DNA of 42,930 nt from Thermomicrobiales bacterium (GTDB lineage Bacteria > Chloroflexota > Chloroflexia > Thermomicrobiales > UBA6265). Under the pieces are notes generated by a model. It was not told the DNA's origin and searched no databases. It saw only the letters and a list, made by a program, of their open reading frames with translations. Below, in pieces: positions 9,638 through 20,122 of the stretch. The first letter of the stretch is position 1. The number at the start of each line of letters is the position of its first letter. Both the position numbers and the translations under genes were made by a program. The stretch covers positions 1-42,930 of the forward strand of contig JBBJOE010000003.1 of NCBI GenBank assembly GCA_037721765.1, in the 5' to 3' direction.

Positions 9638-10228
9638 TCAGATCGCGATCAGGTTGGTCTCGTACATCCGGTGAAAGAGCCGGTCCCAGTAGGCCCGACT
9701 GGGGTCCACCGAGCGGAACTCGGCCTCCAACGCCTGCGGCTGGTCCGGCACCAGCACGATCGTGGCCAGCCGCCGCCGATAGCGCCCTTCCAGCGTCTCG
9801 TCCAGGACCAGCGCCTCGTGGTGATGGGCCGGCCGGAGGCCGGAGAGGACAAGCAAGTCGGCGCTCAGCATCTGAGCCTGGGTCCCGCGGGTGATCTGGC
9901 TGGCCAGGTCGTATTCGTGTCGAACCCGGGAGTCACCGCCATCGACCGCCGGGGCCAACTCGGGCAGGCCGATCTCCCGGACGTAGGCCGACAAGGCGAA
10001 CTCCTTCCAGGGCATGATGCAGGACGACACGTCGTCCCCGACCGTCGACACCCGTTGCTGGATGAACGACATGATCCGGCCCGAGCGCCCCCCTCGCGCG
10101 TTGAAGATGAACCATCCTTGCCCCTGCCGGAGACGCGAATCGAGCGCGTCGAAGTAGATGCTGAGCCGCTGGAGCAGATCCCGGTCCTGGAGCGAGGACT
10201 CCTCCGAGAGCAGACGATCGTCGGCCAT
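9638..10228 (-). CDS. DnaC/IstB-like AAA+ fold protein with degenerate Walker motifs
   Basis: GQGWFIFN, ADLLVLSGL, RYRRRLATIV, DRLFHRMYE follow DnaC/IstB motif order; AAGGAAG upstream of ATG. Confidence 0.7.
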   Translation of the reverse strand: MADDRLLSEESSLQDRDLLQRLSIYFDALDSRLRQGQGWFIFNARGGRSGRIMSFIQQRVSTVGDDVSSCIMPWKEFALSAYVREIGLPELAPAVDGGDSRVRHEYDLASQITRGTQAQMLSADLLVLSGLRPAHHHEALVLDETLEGRYRRRLATIVLVPDQPQALEAEFRSVDPSRAYWDRLFHRMYETNLIAI

Positions 10229-10391
10229 CACGCACTTCCTTGTCCCGAGGCGTGGGCTCTCCCCACACGATGATCGGTCCGGGCGGGGCAGTCGGATATT
10301 CCGCTTCTCCGTTGGATACCACGACCCAGGCCTGTTGAACAGGGCCAGGCATCCCCTATTCTCCTTGGTGCGTCTGTAGCGCACCGTCGGG

Positions 10392-11330
10392 CTACGCCGG
10401 TCCGGGCCGGGTGACCGTCTCTTCGATCCCCAGGACGGAGTGGAACCATTCTCCGAACGTGGCGATGTCCACCCCCAGGGCGACCTTGGCGGAACCGCCC
10501 TCCTTTAGGGTGGTCTTGCCTCGGGTGGTGGCGTCCAGGGAGACCTCGATCCGCCCCGGAACGGTGCTCACCAACCCGGGCCGGGACGCGACGCCGACGG
10601 CCAGCGGGTCGTGCAGGGAGAAGGCGTCGTCCTTCCGGGTGGAGAAGGAATGCCGGGCCACCAGGTAGACCAGCCGGGCGGGTGCCCCGTTCGCGGCCCC
10701 GAGTCGTTCCCAACCCGGCCGGTCGATGGCCACGTGCTGGGTGACGTCGAGCCCGACGACCGTGATGTCCGGGAAGTGGGCCTCGAACACCTGCGCGGCC
10801 GCGTCTGGATCGGCGTAGATGTTGAACTCGGCCGAGGGGGTCACATTGCCGGCCCGCTCGAACGCCCCGCCCATCACGACCACCGAGCGTAGGAGGTCCG
10901 GCAACCAGGGCACGACATTGAGGGCGATCGCCAGATTGGTCAGTGGTCCGAGGCAGATCAGCGTCACCTCGCCGGGCCTCACCATCGCGTGCCGGACGAT
11001 GGCCGCCGGACCACGATCGGCCGCCAGTGCGCGGGACGAGACCGGCAGGCCGCTCCCGCCCAAGCCATCCTCGGCATGGAAGTAGGTCGCGTCGCGGTTA
11101 CGGCCCACCAGGGGTCGGCTCGCCCCACGGTGGACGGGGATGTCCGGGGCCCCGAGCCAATCCAGGATGGCCAGCGCGTTGGCGGTCGTCAGGTCGGCGC
11201 CGACGTTTCCGGCCAACGTCGTGATCGCCTCGACCGATAGCGTCGGGTCACCGAGCGCCGCCGCCATCGCCACGGCGTCGTCGACCCCCGGATCGACATC
11301 CAGGATCACCGGGATCATCCCATCCGTCAT
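10392..11330 (-). CDS. inosine/uridine-preferring nucleoside hydrolase
   Basis: DVDPGVDD, GNV, LGPLTN, NVTPSAEFN, HDP. Confidence 0.92.
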   Translation of the reverse strand: MTDGMIPVILDVDPGVDDAVAMAAALGDPTLSVEAITTLAGNVGADLTTANALAILDWLGAPDIPVHRGASRPLVGRNRDATYFHAEDGLGGSGLPVSSRALAADRGPAAIVRHAMVRPGEVTLICLGPLTNLAIALNVVPWLPDLLRSVVVMGGAFERAGNVTPSAEFNIYADPDAAAQVFEAHFPDITVVGLDVTQHVAIDRPGWERLGAANGAPARLVYLVARHSFSTRKDDAFSLHDPLAVGVASRPGLVSTVPGRIEVSLDATTRGKTTLKEGGSAKVALGVDIATFGEWFHSVLGIEETVTRPGPA

Positions 11331-11424
11331 CTGCCCGCGTCCCTCGCTCCCTTGGACCTCGTCGTACCCGCGACATCGCACGTCCGATTCCTTCGACGAT
11401 CAGCGCCCGGTCATCGGGCGCCAG

Positions 11425-12771
11425 TCACCGGTCCCGCACCGCGACGTAGAGGTCATTGACGTTGGTCCCCGTCGGGCCCGGCGCGACGACCACCCCGCTC
11501 GCCGCCAGGACCCCCAACGTATCGTTCCGGTCCAAGGAAGATCGGATGTCCACTCCCGCCGCCGTCGCCCTGGCCATCGTCGTACCATCGACGATGCCAC
11601 CCGCCACCCCGGTCGGGCCGTCCTGCCCGTCGGTCGCCAGGCTGGCGATCGTCCAGCCGGTCAGACCGCCCTCGGCCATCGCGAGGGCGGCCGCTACGAC
11701 AAATTCCGTGTTGCGGCCGCCCACTCCGTCCCCCCGGACCGCGACCGTGGCCTCCCCCCCGCCGAGCAGCACATCGATGTGGGTGGGCGCCGCATGGCAG
11801 GCCGCGACCCAGTCCCGAGCCAGATCGCGGGCCTCACCCGAGCGGCCGCGCCAGATCACGGCGGCGTGCAGGCCCAGTGCTGCCGCGGCCGACGCCGCCG
11901 CGTCGAGTGCCGCGTCGTTGTCCCCGATGACCACGAAGGCGAATGGCCCTAGGCCCGCCTCCGGTACGCCGGACGACCCGCGCCGCACCCCGGCCGGCCG
12001 GGACAGCACCGCCCGGACCGGCGTCGGCACGAGGTCGAGGAGCCCGTACCGGGCTAGCGTTGCCAGGCCGGCCTCCGCCGGCGCGTCGGCGACCACGGTC
12101 GGGCCGCTGGCGATCATGTCTGGGTCGTTACCGATCACGTCGGAGAGGATCAGGGTCAGCGTCGTCGCCGCGCCGGCCGCCCGGCGCAGCCCGCCGCCCT
12201 TGACCCGGCTCAGCGGTCTCCGGACCGCGTTCAACGCCTCGATGGGCGCCCCGGCCCGCAACAGCAGATCGGTCGTCACCACCAGATCGCCGAGTGACAC
12301 GCCCTCGACGGGCGCCTCGAGCAGGGCCGAACCGCCGCCGGAAATCACCGCGACGACGATGTCGTTGGGGCCGAGCCGCCCGAGCAACCCCAGCATCTCG
12401 GCCGTGGCCGCCACGCCGCGCCCGTCCGGCAAGGGATGGGCGGCCTCGACGACCCGTACTCTATCCGGTAGCGGCATCGTGGCGTGGCCGTCCTTGGTGA
12501 TGACCAGACCGCCGGTGACGAGGTCGCCCGCGACCCCCTCGACAGCCCGTGCCATCCCGGTCGCCGCCTTCCCCGCCCCGACGACCCAAACCTCGCCGTC
12601 GACCGGCCACGTCCGACCACCGCACCGGAGGCCACGCCCCTCGCGGGACATCGCCCCGGCCACGCACTCGCCGGGCCGGACTGCCGTCAGCGCGGCGTCA
12701 TAGAGTGACCGGATCAGATCGCTGGGCCGAGACGCGGCCGTTTCCGGATCACCAGCTCCCGGCGCGGTCAC
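11425..12771 (-). CDS. glycerate 2-kinase (DUF4147/MOFRL, class II)
   Basis: GAGKAA, AAHPLPD, ISGGGSAL, IASGPT, GGRN, TGTNVND; GTGA overlap with the rluA stop. Confidence 0.9.
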   Translation of the reverse strand: MTAPGAGDPETAASRPSDLIRSLYDAALTAVRPGECVAGAMSREGRGLRCGGRTWPVDGEVWVVGAGKAATGMARAVEGVAGDLVTGGLVITKDGHATMPLPDRVRVVEAAHPLPDGRGVAATAEMLGLLGRLGPNDIVVAVISGGGSALLEAPVEGVSLGDLVVTTDLLLRAGAPIEALNAVRRPLSRVKGGGLRRAAGAATTLTLILSDVIGNDPDMIASGPTVVADAPAEAGLATLARYGLLDLVPTPVRAVLSRPAGVRRGSSGVPEAGLGPFAFVVIGDNDAALDAAASAAAALGLHAAVIWRGRSGEARDLARDWVAACHAAPTHIDVLLGGGEATVAVRGDGVGGRNTEFVVAAALAMAEGGLTGWTIASLATDGQDGPTGVAGGIVDGTTMARATAAGVDIRSSLDRNDTLGVLAASGVVVAPGPTGTNVNDLYVAVRDR

Positions 12772-13853
12772 CGCTCGTCGTCTCGTAACCGGTTCAAGAT
12801 CGAGGTGACGGCCGGCGGGAGCATGGAGTGGAACGTCTTTCGCTCGCCCGTCGGCAGGTCGAAGCCGAGCCGGGCCGCGTGGAGCAGGTGGCGCTTGCCG
12901 ACCCGGATCCCCTGCCGATCGGCCCCGTAGACGGTGTCGCCCACCACGGGGTGACCGACGAAGGCCATGTGGACGCGGATCTGGTGCGTTCGCCCGGTCT
13001 CGATCGAGAGGTCAAGCATCGTGTAGCGCTCGAACCGCTCCGTGACCTTGAAGTGGGTCACCGCCGGGCGACCGGTCCGGACGACCGCCATCCGCTGGCG
13101 TTGGGTCGGGTGGCGCCCGATCGGGGCATCGACCGTGGCCTCCTCCTCCGGCACCGTCCCGAAGACCAGGGCCACATAGCCCTTGTCCACCGTCCGGGCC
13201 TGCCACTGGGCCACCAGGCCGTTGCGGGCCCGGTCCGTCTTGGCGACGACGATCAGGCCGGAGGTGTCCTTGTCGAGGCGGTGGACGATGCCCGGCCGGA
13301 GCCGGTTCCCGACCGTGATCGTCGGGTCGTGGTGCAGCACCGCGTTGACGAGTGTGCCGGTCGGGTGACCAGGGGCGGGGTGGACGACCATCCCGGCCGG
13401 CTTGTCGATCACCAGCACGTCGTCGTCCTCGAAGACGATCGTCAGCGGGATCGCCTCGGGGCGGGCGATCAATTCGAGCTCCGGCGGCGGGATGACCACC
13501 GTGATCCGCTGGCCCGGCGTGACCGAGAACGACGGCCGCCGGACGATGCCGTCGACCAGCACCTGCCCGTCCTCGATCAACTGGCGGACGAACGTCCGGC
13601 TGCGGTCGGCCATGTGCCGGGCGACCAACTTGTCGAGCCGGTCGTCCCGGTCCTCCGGGGCCGGCGCGATGACGACCTCGCCGGGCCCGGACGTGGTCTC
13701 TGCCGCGTCGTCCCCATCGTCCCCGTAGAGGTCCTCCGGCCCGGTATTGTCTTCCTCTCCGTTGACCTCGTCCATGACGTCCATATCGTCGCTGTCCATG
13801 CCCTCGTCGATCGGGTCGTCGCCGACCATGTCCTCCCCATTCCGACCACTCAT
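12768..13853 (-). CDS. RluA/RluD-family pseudouridine synthase
   Basis: S4-like RLDK, DKPAGMVVHP, HRLDKDTSG, TGRTHQIRVH, LHA; acidic N-extension, start uncertain (13853 or 13829). Confidence 0.92.
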   Translation of the reverse strand: MSGRNGEDMVGDDPIDEGMDSDDMDVMDEVNGEEDNTGPEDLYGDDGDDAAETTSGPGEVVIAPAPEDRDDRLDKLVARHMADRSRTFVRQLIEDGQVLVDGIVRRPSFSVTPGQRITVVIPPPELELIARPEAIPLTIVFEDDDVLVIDKPAGMVVHPAPGHPTGTLVNAVLHHDPTITVGNRLRPGIVHRLDKDTSGLIVVAKTDRARNGLVAQWQARTVDKGYVALVFGTVPEEEATVDAPIGRHPTQRQRMAVVRTGRPAVTHFKVTERFERYTMLDLSIETGRTHQIRVHMAFVGHPVVGDTVYGADRQGIRVGKRHLLHAARLGFDLPTGERKTFHSMLPPAVTSILNRLRDDER

Positions 13854-13866
13854 CGCCGCGCGCCGG

Positions 13867-14424
13867 TCACCCATGGTGACCCACCGAAGGACCACGGTCG
13901 CGACTGGAGACCGCGTGGTCGCCGAGCCCAGGCCGGCGCACGACCGGCGCGGGCACCGGTTTGGGCCGGAACAGCGTCGCGGCGAGGACGACGACGCCGA
14001 TCGAGATCGCGGCGTCGGCGACATTGAAGGTCGGCCACGACCCGACGGACACGAAATCGACCACGTACCCGAGCCGGACCCGGTCGACCAGATTCCCGAT
14101 GGCACCGCCCAGCATCAAGGCCATCCCGGCCCGTCCACTGCCCGATCCCTCCCGGCCGCGCCAGGCGTGGACCGCGACCGCGGCCGTCAGAACGACCACG
14201 GCCACCGTCAGCAGGGCCCCGGCCCCGGACAGGAAGCCGAAGGCGATGCCGGTGTTCTGGCTATATTCCAGCCGGACAACGTCGCCGATCAGCTCGACCT
14301 CGTCCCGTTCCGCGCCAGCGCCCAGTGCCCTGACGACCACGCGCTTGCTGATCTGGTCAGTCGCCACGACGGCGGCGACGATCGCGACGATCTGGAGACC
14401 GCGGCCCGAGGACGTCTCGCTCAT
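13867..14424 (-). CDS. lspA: lipoprotein signal peptidase II
   Basis: DQISK, NTGIAFG, GGAIGNLVDR, VVDF, FNVAD. Confidence 0.93.
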   Translation of the reverse strand: MSETSSGRGLQIVAIVAAVVATDQISKRVVVRALGAGAERDEVELIGDVVRLEYSQNTGIAFGFLSGAGALLTVAVVVLTAAVAVHAWRGREGSGSGRAGMALMLGGAIGNLVDRVRLGYVVDFVSVGSWPTFNVADAAISIGVVVLAATLFRPKPVPAPVVRRPGLGDHAVSSRDRGPSVGHHG

Positions 14425-14453
14425 CTGGTCGTCACCAGGACACCCGGATCACG

Positions 14454-14843
14454 CTAGCGCGGCACATGGAGGCCGGCCTCGCGCTCCATGATCCCCTGGC
14501 ACTCGACGTCGTACTGCACCCACGGGAAGGCTTCCAGGCGCTCCGGGTCGATCGGCTTGCCGCACCGCACACAGATCCCGTAAGTCCCTTCGTCGAGCCG
14601 CCCCAACGCCCCGTTAGCCTCGCTGAGCATATCGTTAAGATCATGACTGATCGTCAGGATGCGCTCCTGCTCATTGACGTCGCTGCCGTCGTCGGCGGAG
14701 TGATTCCCCACGCTGCCACGCTCGACTTCTTGGTCGGCACCGAGCTCGCGCATCTCGGAGGACAGGTGGTCGAGTTCTCCCTGGAGTTGGTCCCGGCGGG
14801 CCACGAGGGCCTCACGGATGCTCGCCTGCTGGTCAGTCTGCAT
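14454..14843 (-). CDS. TraR/DksA-family protein
   Basis: Coiled coil with NHSADDGSD tip; GTYGICVRCG..I..ERLEAFP. Confidence 0.88.
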   Translation of the reverse strand: MQTDQQASIREALVARRDQLQGELDHLSSEMRELGADQEVERGSVGNHSADDGSDVNEQERILTISHDLNDMLSEANGALGRLDEGTYGICVRCGKPIDPERLEAFPWVQYDVECQGIMEREAGLHVPR

Positions 14844-14945
14844 GGTCTGGTCCGCTCCGTCCGGGGTCGGGAAAAGGTCGATCGTGGGGCGATGGTACCA
14901 CGGTCACCACCGTATACTCGGAGCCGAACGGGGGGCGATCAGCGC

Positions 14946-16097
14946 ATGTCATCGGGACGACCATTGCGATTGGTGATCGCCGGGGGCGGGACGGGCGGGC
15001 ACGTGCTGCCCGCGATGGCGGTGCTAGAGACCCTGGCCGCCCGCGGAATCACCATCGATCCACTCTGGATCGGCAGCGTCTCAGGCGTAGAGGGAGAGGC
15101 GGCCCACCACGCCGGGATCCCGTTCGCCGCGATCCAAACCGGCAAACTGCGTCGCTACCCCGATCGGAAGACCCCCGGCGACCTGGCCCGGATCCCCGTC
15201 GGCATCGTTCAGGCCCGGCGTCTGATCCGCCGTCACAGGCCGGACGTGGTCCTCGGTACGGGCGGTTTCGTCAGCGTCCCGACGGTGCTCGCGGCGGCCC
15301 GCTCGGCCCCGGTCCTGACCCACGAGCAGACCGCCATCCTCGGCCTGGCGACCAGGATCACGATGCGGTTCGCCGGTGTCCTGGCCGTCTCCTACGAGGA
15401 GACCACCCGGCTGGCCAGCGGTCTTCGGGCCCGGGTGGTGGTCACCGGAAACCCCGTCCGCCCGTCCCTGCTCGGCGGCGACGCCGCCCGGGGTCTCGCC
15501 GCGTTCGACTTCGAACCCGATGTCCCGTTGATCTATGTCACCGGCGGCGCCCGGGGCGCATCGCCCCTCAACGAGCGGCTCACGGCCCTGCTGCCGGATC
15601 TCCTGGACCGGGCCCAAGTCCTCCACCAGACCGGTCCGGCCGGGGCCAACGACGACGCCCGCGAGGCGCGAGAGCGCCGTGACACCTGGCCCGGGGCCAC
15701 CCGTCGCCGCTACCACGTCCGCGAGTACGTCCGCGACGAGATGGCCGACGTCTACGCGGCGGCGAACCTCGTCATCGGCCGGGCCGGGGCGGGGACCGTC
15801 GCCGAACTGGCCCGCCTCGGCAAACCCGCGATCCTGATTCCCCTCCCCGGCACCGGTGGCGACGAGCAGACCCACAACGCCCGCCTGTTGGCCGACGCGG
15901 GCGCCGCCGTCGTCCTGACCCAGGCCGAAGCGACCCCGGTCCGGCTCCGCGCCGAGATCGACCGCCTCCTCGCAGACCCAGCGACGCTAGCGACCATGTC
16001 CGCCCGGGCGAGCGGCGTCGGGCGGTCGGACGCCGCCGACCGCCTCACGGACGAACTCCTCGCCCTGGCAGGTGAGCCTTGGTCGACCGGGGGCTGA
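14946..16097 (+). CDS. murG: MurG undecaprenyl-PP-MurNAc-pentapeptide GlcNAc transferase
   Basis: GGGTGGH, TGKLRRY, GGFVS, HEQ, GNPVR, GRAGAGT, EQTHNA; TATACT at 14913-14918. Confidence 0.9.
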   Translation: MSSGRPLRLVIAGGGTGGHVLPAMAVLETLAARGITIDPLWIGSVSGVEGEAAHHAGIPFAAIQTGKLRRYPDRKTPGDLARIPVGIVQARRLIRRHRPDVVLGTGGFVSVPTVLAAARSAPVLTHEQTAILGLATRITMRFAGVLAVSYEETTRLASGLRARVVVTGNPVRPSLLGGDAARGLAAFDFEPDVPLIYVTGGARGASPLNERLTALLPDLLDRAQVLHQTGPAGANDDAREARERRDTWPGATRRRYHVREYVRDEMADVYAAANLVIGRAGAGTVAELARLGKPAILIPLPGTGGDEQTHNARLLADAGAAVVLTQAEATPVRLRAEIDRLLADPATLATMSARASGVGRSDAADRLTDELLALAGEPWSTGG

Positions 16098-16143
16098 ACG
16101 GACTGCCTGTCTCCGAACCGATCTCCTGCGCATAGGGCCGGGC

Positions 16144-17511
16144 CTACGTCATCGCCGCCTCGATCGCCTCCGCCAGCGTCCCGACCCGCACCGTCTCGAC
16201 CCCGGAGACATCCCCGCCCCGTTGCCGGACCGAGGCCCGGGGCACGATCACCCGCCGGAACCCCAACCGGGCCGCCTCGTTCACCCGCCGGTCGATCTGG
16301 TTGACCGACCGGAGCTCCCCGGAGAGGCCCACCTCGCCGATAAGGGCGGTCCGGCCATCGACCGGCCTGTCCCGGAAGCTGGAGGCGATCGCCGTCGCCA
16401 CCGCCAGGTCGGAGGCCGGCTCGGCGATCCGCAGGCCGCCGACCACGTTGGCATAGATGTCCTGGCCCCCCAGCGCCAGCCCGACCCGCTTCTGGAGGAC
16501 CGCCACCAGCAGTTGGAGCCGGTTCGCTTCCAGGCCATTCGCCGTCCGGCGCGGCAGCCCGAACGAGGTCGAGGTCGTCAGGGCCTGCATCTCGACCAAG
16601 ATCGGCCGCGTTCCCTCCATCGTCACCGCCACGGTCGAACCGGACGCACCGTCGCGTCGCTCCTCCAGGAACGCCTCCGAGGGGCTGCGGACTTCCCGCA
16701 GCCCGGCGTCGGCCATCTCGAAGACGCCTACTTCGTCGGTCGAGCCGAACCGGTTCTTCACCCCCCGCAGGATGCGGTACTGGTGGAAGCGGTCGCCCTC
16801 CAGGTACAGCACCGCGTCGACCATGTGCTCCAGCACCCGGGGCCCGGCGATCGTCCCCTCCTTGGTGACGTGGCCGATCAGCAGGACGGGGATGTTGCGG
16901 GGCTTGGCCCACTGCATCAGCCGGGCCGTGCATTCCCGCACCTGGGAGACGCTGCCGGCCGCCGAGGTGATGTCATCGACCCAAACGGTCTGGATCGAGT
17001 CGATGATCAGTAGCGCGGGCTGGTGCTGCTCCGCCGCCTCGATCACCGACGTCAGATTGGTCTCGGAAAGCACCCACAACCCGTCCATCGGCACCGCCAG
17101 TCGTTCGGCCCGAAGCTTGATCTGCTGCGCCGACTCCTCGGCCGAGACATAGAGGACCACCCCGGCCTGCCCGGCGATCCCGGCCGCCGCCTGTAGGACG
17201 AGGGTCGACTTGCCGATCCCCGGGTCGCCGCCGATCAGCACCAGCGATCCGGGCACCAGGCCGCCGCCCAGCACCCGGTTGAACTCCCCGATCGGCACCT
17301 GGACCCGGTTGGCCTCGGCCGAGCCGACCTCACCCAGCGGCTGGGGCTTCTCCGCCACCCGGCTCGTCCGGGGGTTGCCCCCGGTCGGCCGGCGATCTTC
17401 GATCGTCTCGACCATCGAGTTCCACGAACTACAGCCCGGGCAACGCCCGAGATAGCCCGGGCTGGTCGTGCCGCATTGCTGGCAGACCCACTGCGTCTTG
17501 ACCTTGGCCAC
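16144..17511 (-). CDS. radA: DNA repair protein RadA/Sms
   Basis: C4 zinc finger, GDPGIGKST, IIDSIQT, KNRFG, GEVGLSGE; start GTG 17511 or ATG 17517. Confidence 0.96.
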   Translation of the reverse strand: MAKVKTQWVCQQCGTTSPGYLGRCPGCSSWNSMVETIEDRRPTGGNPRTSRVAEKPQPLGEVGSAEANRVQVPIGEFNRVLGGGLVPGSLVLIGGDPGIGKSTLVLQAAAGIAGQAGVVLYVSAEESAQQIKLRAERLAVPMDGLWVLSETNLTSVIEAAEQHQPALLIIDSIQTVWVDDITSAAGSVSQVRECTARLMQWAKPRNIPVLLIGHVTKEGTIAGPRVLEHMVDAVLYLEGDRFHQYRILRGVKNRFGSTDEVGVFEMADAGLREVRSPSEAFLEERRDGASGSTVAVTMEGTRPILVEMQALTTSTSFGLPRRTANGLEANRLQLLVAVLQKRVGLALGGQDIYANVVGGLRIAEPASDLAVATAIASSFRDRPVDGRTALIGEVGLSGELRSVNQIDRRVNEAARLGFRRVIVPRASVRQRGGDVSGVETVRVGTLAEAIEAAMT

Positions 17512-17572
17512 GATCATTCCTCCTCGCGTGAACGGACGAGGGGCTCTGGAGGAGATTCTCGTCGAGCCAATG

Positions 17573-17607
17573 ACGAGGGGGGCGGCCATTGGCCCACCCC
17601 CCCTCGT
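17573..17607 (-). terminator. hairpin between clpC and radA
   Basis: ACGAGGGGGG...CCCCCCTCGT stem with an inner GGCCA/TGGCC stem. Confidence 0.5.
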
Positions 17608-17644
17608 TCACGGTCCGCGAGGTATCACGTCTGACGACATCGAG

Positions 17645-20122
17645 CTAGGCGACGCCCGCTGGCTCCAGCGCTTCCGCCTCGGCGACCTCGGCGACGGTAA
17701 CCTTGAGCAAGTCTTCCTCGACCTCGACCCTGACGGTGTTTCCCGCCTGGAACCGGCCATTGAGGAGACCCTCTGCCAGGGGGTCCTCGATCAGGTTCTG
17801 GATGATCCGGCGCAGCGGCCGGGCCCCGTAGACGTGGTCGTAGCCACGGACCCCGATCAGGTCCATCGCCTCGGTCGTCACCTCGAGTTTGATGTCCTGC
17901 TCGGCGAGTTGCGCCCGCACCCGCTCCAATTCCAGGTTGACGATCTCCCGGATCTGCTCCGGGGTCAGGGAGTGGAAAACGACCACCGCGTCGATCCGGT
18001 TCAGGAACTCGGGCCGGAAGGTCTGCTTCAGCTGGCCCGTCACCTTGTCGCGCATCGTGTCGTACTCGCGCTGCTGGGTCTTGTCCGGGTCTTCCTTGAA
18101 GGCGAACCCGAGCGTCATGTCCCGGCTAATCTGTTCGGCCCCGACGTTGGAGGTCATGATGATGATCGTGTTGCGGAAATCGACCTTGCGCCCCTTGGCA
18201 TCGGCCAGGTTCCCGTCCTCCATGATCTGGAGCAACATGTTGAAGGCTTCCGGGTGCGCCTTCTCGATCTCGTCGAGCAGGATCACCGAGTACGACTTGC
18301 GCCGCACCGCCTCGGTCAACTGGCCGCCCTCCTCGTAGCCGACGTAGCCCGGAGGCGCCCCGACCAGGCGGCTGACCGCGTGGCGCTCCATGAACTCGGA
18401 CATGTCGATCTTGATCAGGTGGTCCTCGGAGCCGAACATGAACTCCGCCAGGGCCTTCGCCAGCTCGCTCTTGCCGACGCCGGTGGGGCCGAGGAAGATG
18501 AAGCTGCCGATCGGGCGGCGGGGATCCTTGATTCCGGCCCGGGCCCGGCGGACGGCCTTGCTGAGAGTCGCGATCGCCTCTTCCTGGCCGATGATCCGCT
18601 CGTGGAGGACCGACTCCATCTGGAGCAGTCGCTCCGACTCCTCGCCGGCGATCCGGACCAGGGGGATGCCCGTCCACATCGCGACGACCTGGGCCACGTC
18701 CTCTTCGGTGACGTAGGTCTCTTCCTCGCCCCTGGCGTCCTTCATCTCCTGTTCCTGATTATCGATCCGCTCCCGCAGCTTGCGCTCGCGGTCGCGCAAC
18801 TCGGCGGCCAGCTCGAACTCCTGCCCGTTCACGGCCGCCTCCAGCTCGCGCTGCAGCGATTGCAGGCCGAGCATGGCCTCCTTCAGGCGGGGCGGGGCGG
18901 CAGAGCGGGTCATCCGGACCCGGGAGGACGCCTCGTCGATCAGGTCGATCGCCTTGTCCGGCATGAACCGGTCCGGCACGTAGCGGGCGGCCAGGTTGGC
19001 GGCGGCCTTCAAAGCCTCGTCGCTGATCTTGAGCCGGTGATGCTCTTCGTAGAGCGGCCGGACCCCGGTCAGGATCTGGATCGTCTCGTCGATGCTGGGC
19101 TCATCGACCTGGACGGGCTGGAAGCGCCGCTCCAGGGCCGCGTCCCGCTCGATGTACTTGCGGTACTCGTCGAGGGTCGTCGCGCCGATGGTCTGCAACT
19201 CGCCCCGGGAGAGGGCGGGCTTGAGGATGTTCGCGGCATCGACCGCGCCCTCGGCCGCACCGGCCCCGACGAGGGTGTGCAGCTCGTCGATGAAGAGGAT
19301 GCTGCTAGTCTCCTTGACCTCGGCGACGATCTTCTTCAGCCGCTCCTCGAACTCGCCCCGGTATTTCGTCCCCGCCACCAACGCCCCGATGTCGAGGGCG
19401 ATCAGCCGCTTGTTCTGGAGTTGCTCCGGCACGTCGCCGTTGACGATCCGCTGGGCCAGTCCCTCCACGATCGCCGTCTTACCGACGCCGGGCTCGCCGA
19501 TCAGGGCGGGATTGTTCTTGGTCCGCCGGGAGAGGATCTGCATCACCCGGTCGATCTCCATCGACCGGCCGATCAGGGGACCGAGCTTGTTGGACCGGGC
19601 GGCCTCGGTGAGGTCGAAGCCGAGGGCGTCCATGTACGGGGTCTTGGTCTGCTGCTTGGACTGCTGGCTGTAGGTCGAACTCTGGCTGACGACCTGCATC
19701 ACCTGGGCCCGGACCTTCTCCAGATTGACGCCCAGGCTCTCCAGGACGCCGGCGGCGATGCCCTCGCCCTCGCGAACCAGACCGAGGAGGAGGTGTTCGG
19801 TCCCGATGTAGTGGTGGTTGAGGCGACGGGCCTCGTCCACGGCCAACTCGATGACCTTCTTGGCGCGGGGGGTGAGGCCGATGTCCCCCATGATCATGGT
19901 CTCGCCGCGGCCGATGATGAACTCGACCGCCGAGCGGACCTTGGGCAACTGGACACCCATGTTGCTCAACACGCGAGCGGCGACGCCGTCGCCCTCGCGC
20001 ACGAGGCCAAGCAGCAAGTGCTCGGTGCCGATGTAATTATGGTTGAAGCGCTGGGCCTCTTCCTGGGCCAATGTCAGGACCTTGCGGGCTCGTTCGGTGA
20101 ACTTGTCGAACTTCTCTGCCAT
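17645..20122 (-). CDS. clpC: ATP-dependent Clp protease ATPase subunit ClpC
   Basis: Two Clp-N repeats ([13 protein letters not shown]), [11 protein letters not shown]-type M domain, [11 protein letters not shown] ClpP loop, GARPLRR. Confidence 0.96.
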   Translation of the reverse strand: MAEKFDKFTERARKVLTLAQEEAQRFNHNYIGTEHLLLGLVREGDGVAARVLSNMGVQLPKVRSAVEFIIGRGETMIMGDIGLTPRAKKVIELAVDEARRLNHHYIGTEHLLLGLVREGEGIAAGVLESLGVNLEKVRAQVMQVVSQSSTYSQQSKQQTKTPYMDALGFDLTEAARSNKLGPLIGRSMEIDRVMQILSRRTKNNPALIGEPGVGKTAIVEGLAQRIVNGDVPEQLQNKRLIALDIGALVAGTKYRGEFEERLKKIVAEVKETSSILFIDELHTLVGAGAAEGAVDAANILKPALSRGELQTIGATTLDEYRKYIERDAALERRFQPVQVDEPSIDETIQILTGVRPLYEEHHRLKISDEALKAAANLAARYVPDRFMPDKAIDLIDEASSRVRMTRSAAPPRLKEAMLGLQSLQRELEAAVNGQEFELAAELRDRERKLRERIDNQEQEMKDARGEEETYVTEEDVAQVVAMWTGIPLVRIAGEESERLLQMESVLHERIIGQEEAIATLSKAVRRARAGIKDPRRPIGSFIFLGPTGVGKSELAKALAEFMFGSEDHLIKIDMSEFMERHAVSRLVGAPPGYVGYEEGGQLTEAVRRKSYSVILLDEIEKAHPEAFNMLLQIMEDGNLADAKGRKVDFRNTIIIMTSNVGAEQISRDMTLGFAFKEDPDKTQQREYDTMRDKVTGQLKQTFRPEFLNRIDAVVVFHSLTPEQIREIVNLELERVRAQLAEQDIKLEVTTEAMDLIGVRGYDHVYGARPLRRIIQNLIEDPLAEGLLNGRFQAGNTVRVEVEEDLLKVTVAEVAEAEALEPAGVA

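Noticed and set aside
9638-10228. IS21 element (istB)
   Set aside because: No istA, no terminal inverted repeats seen, and the ATPase motifs are absent
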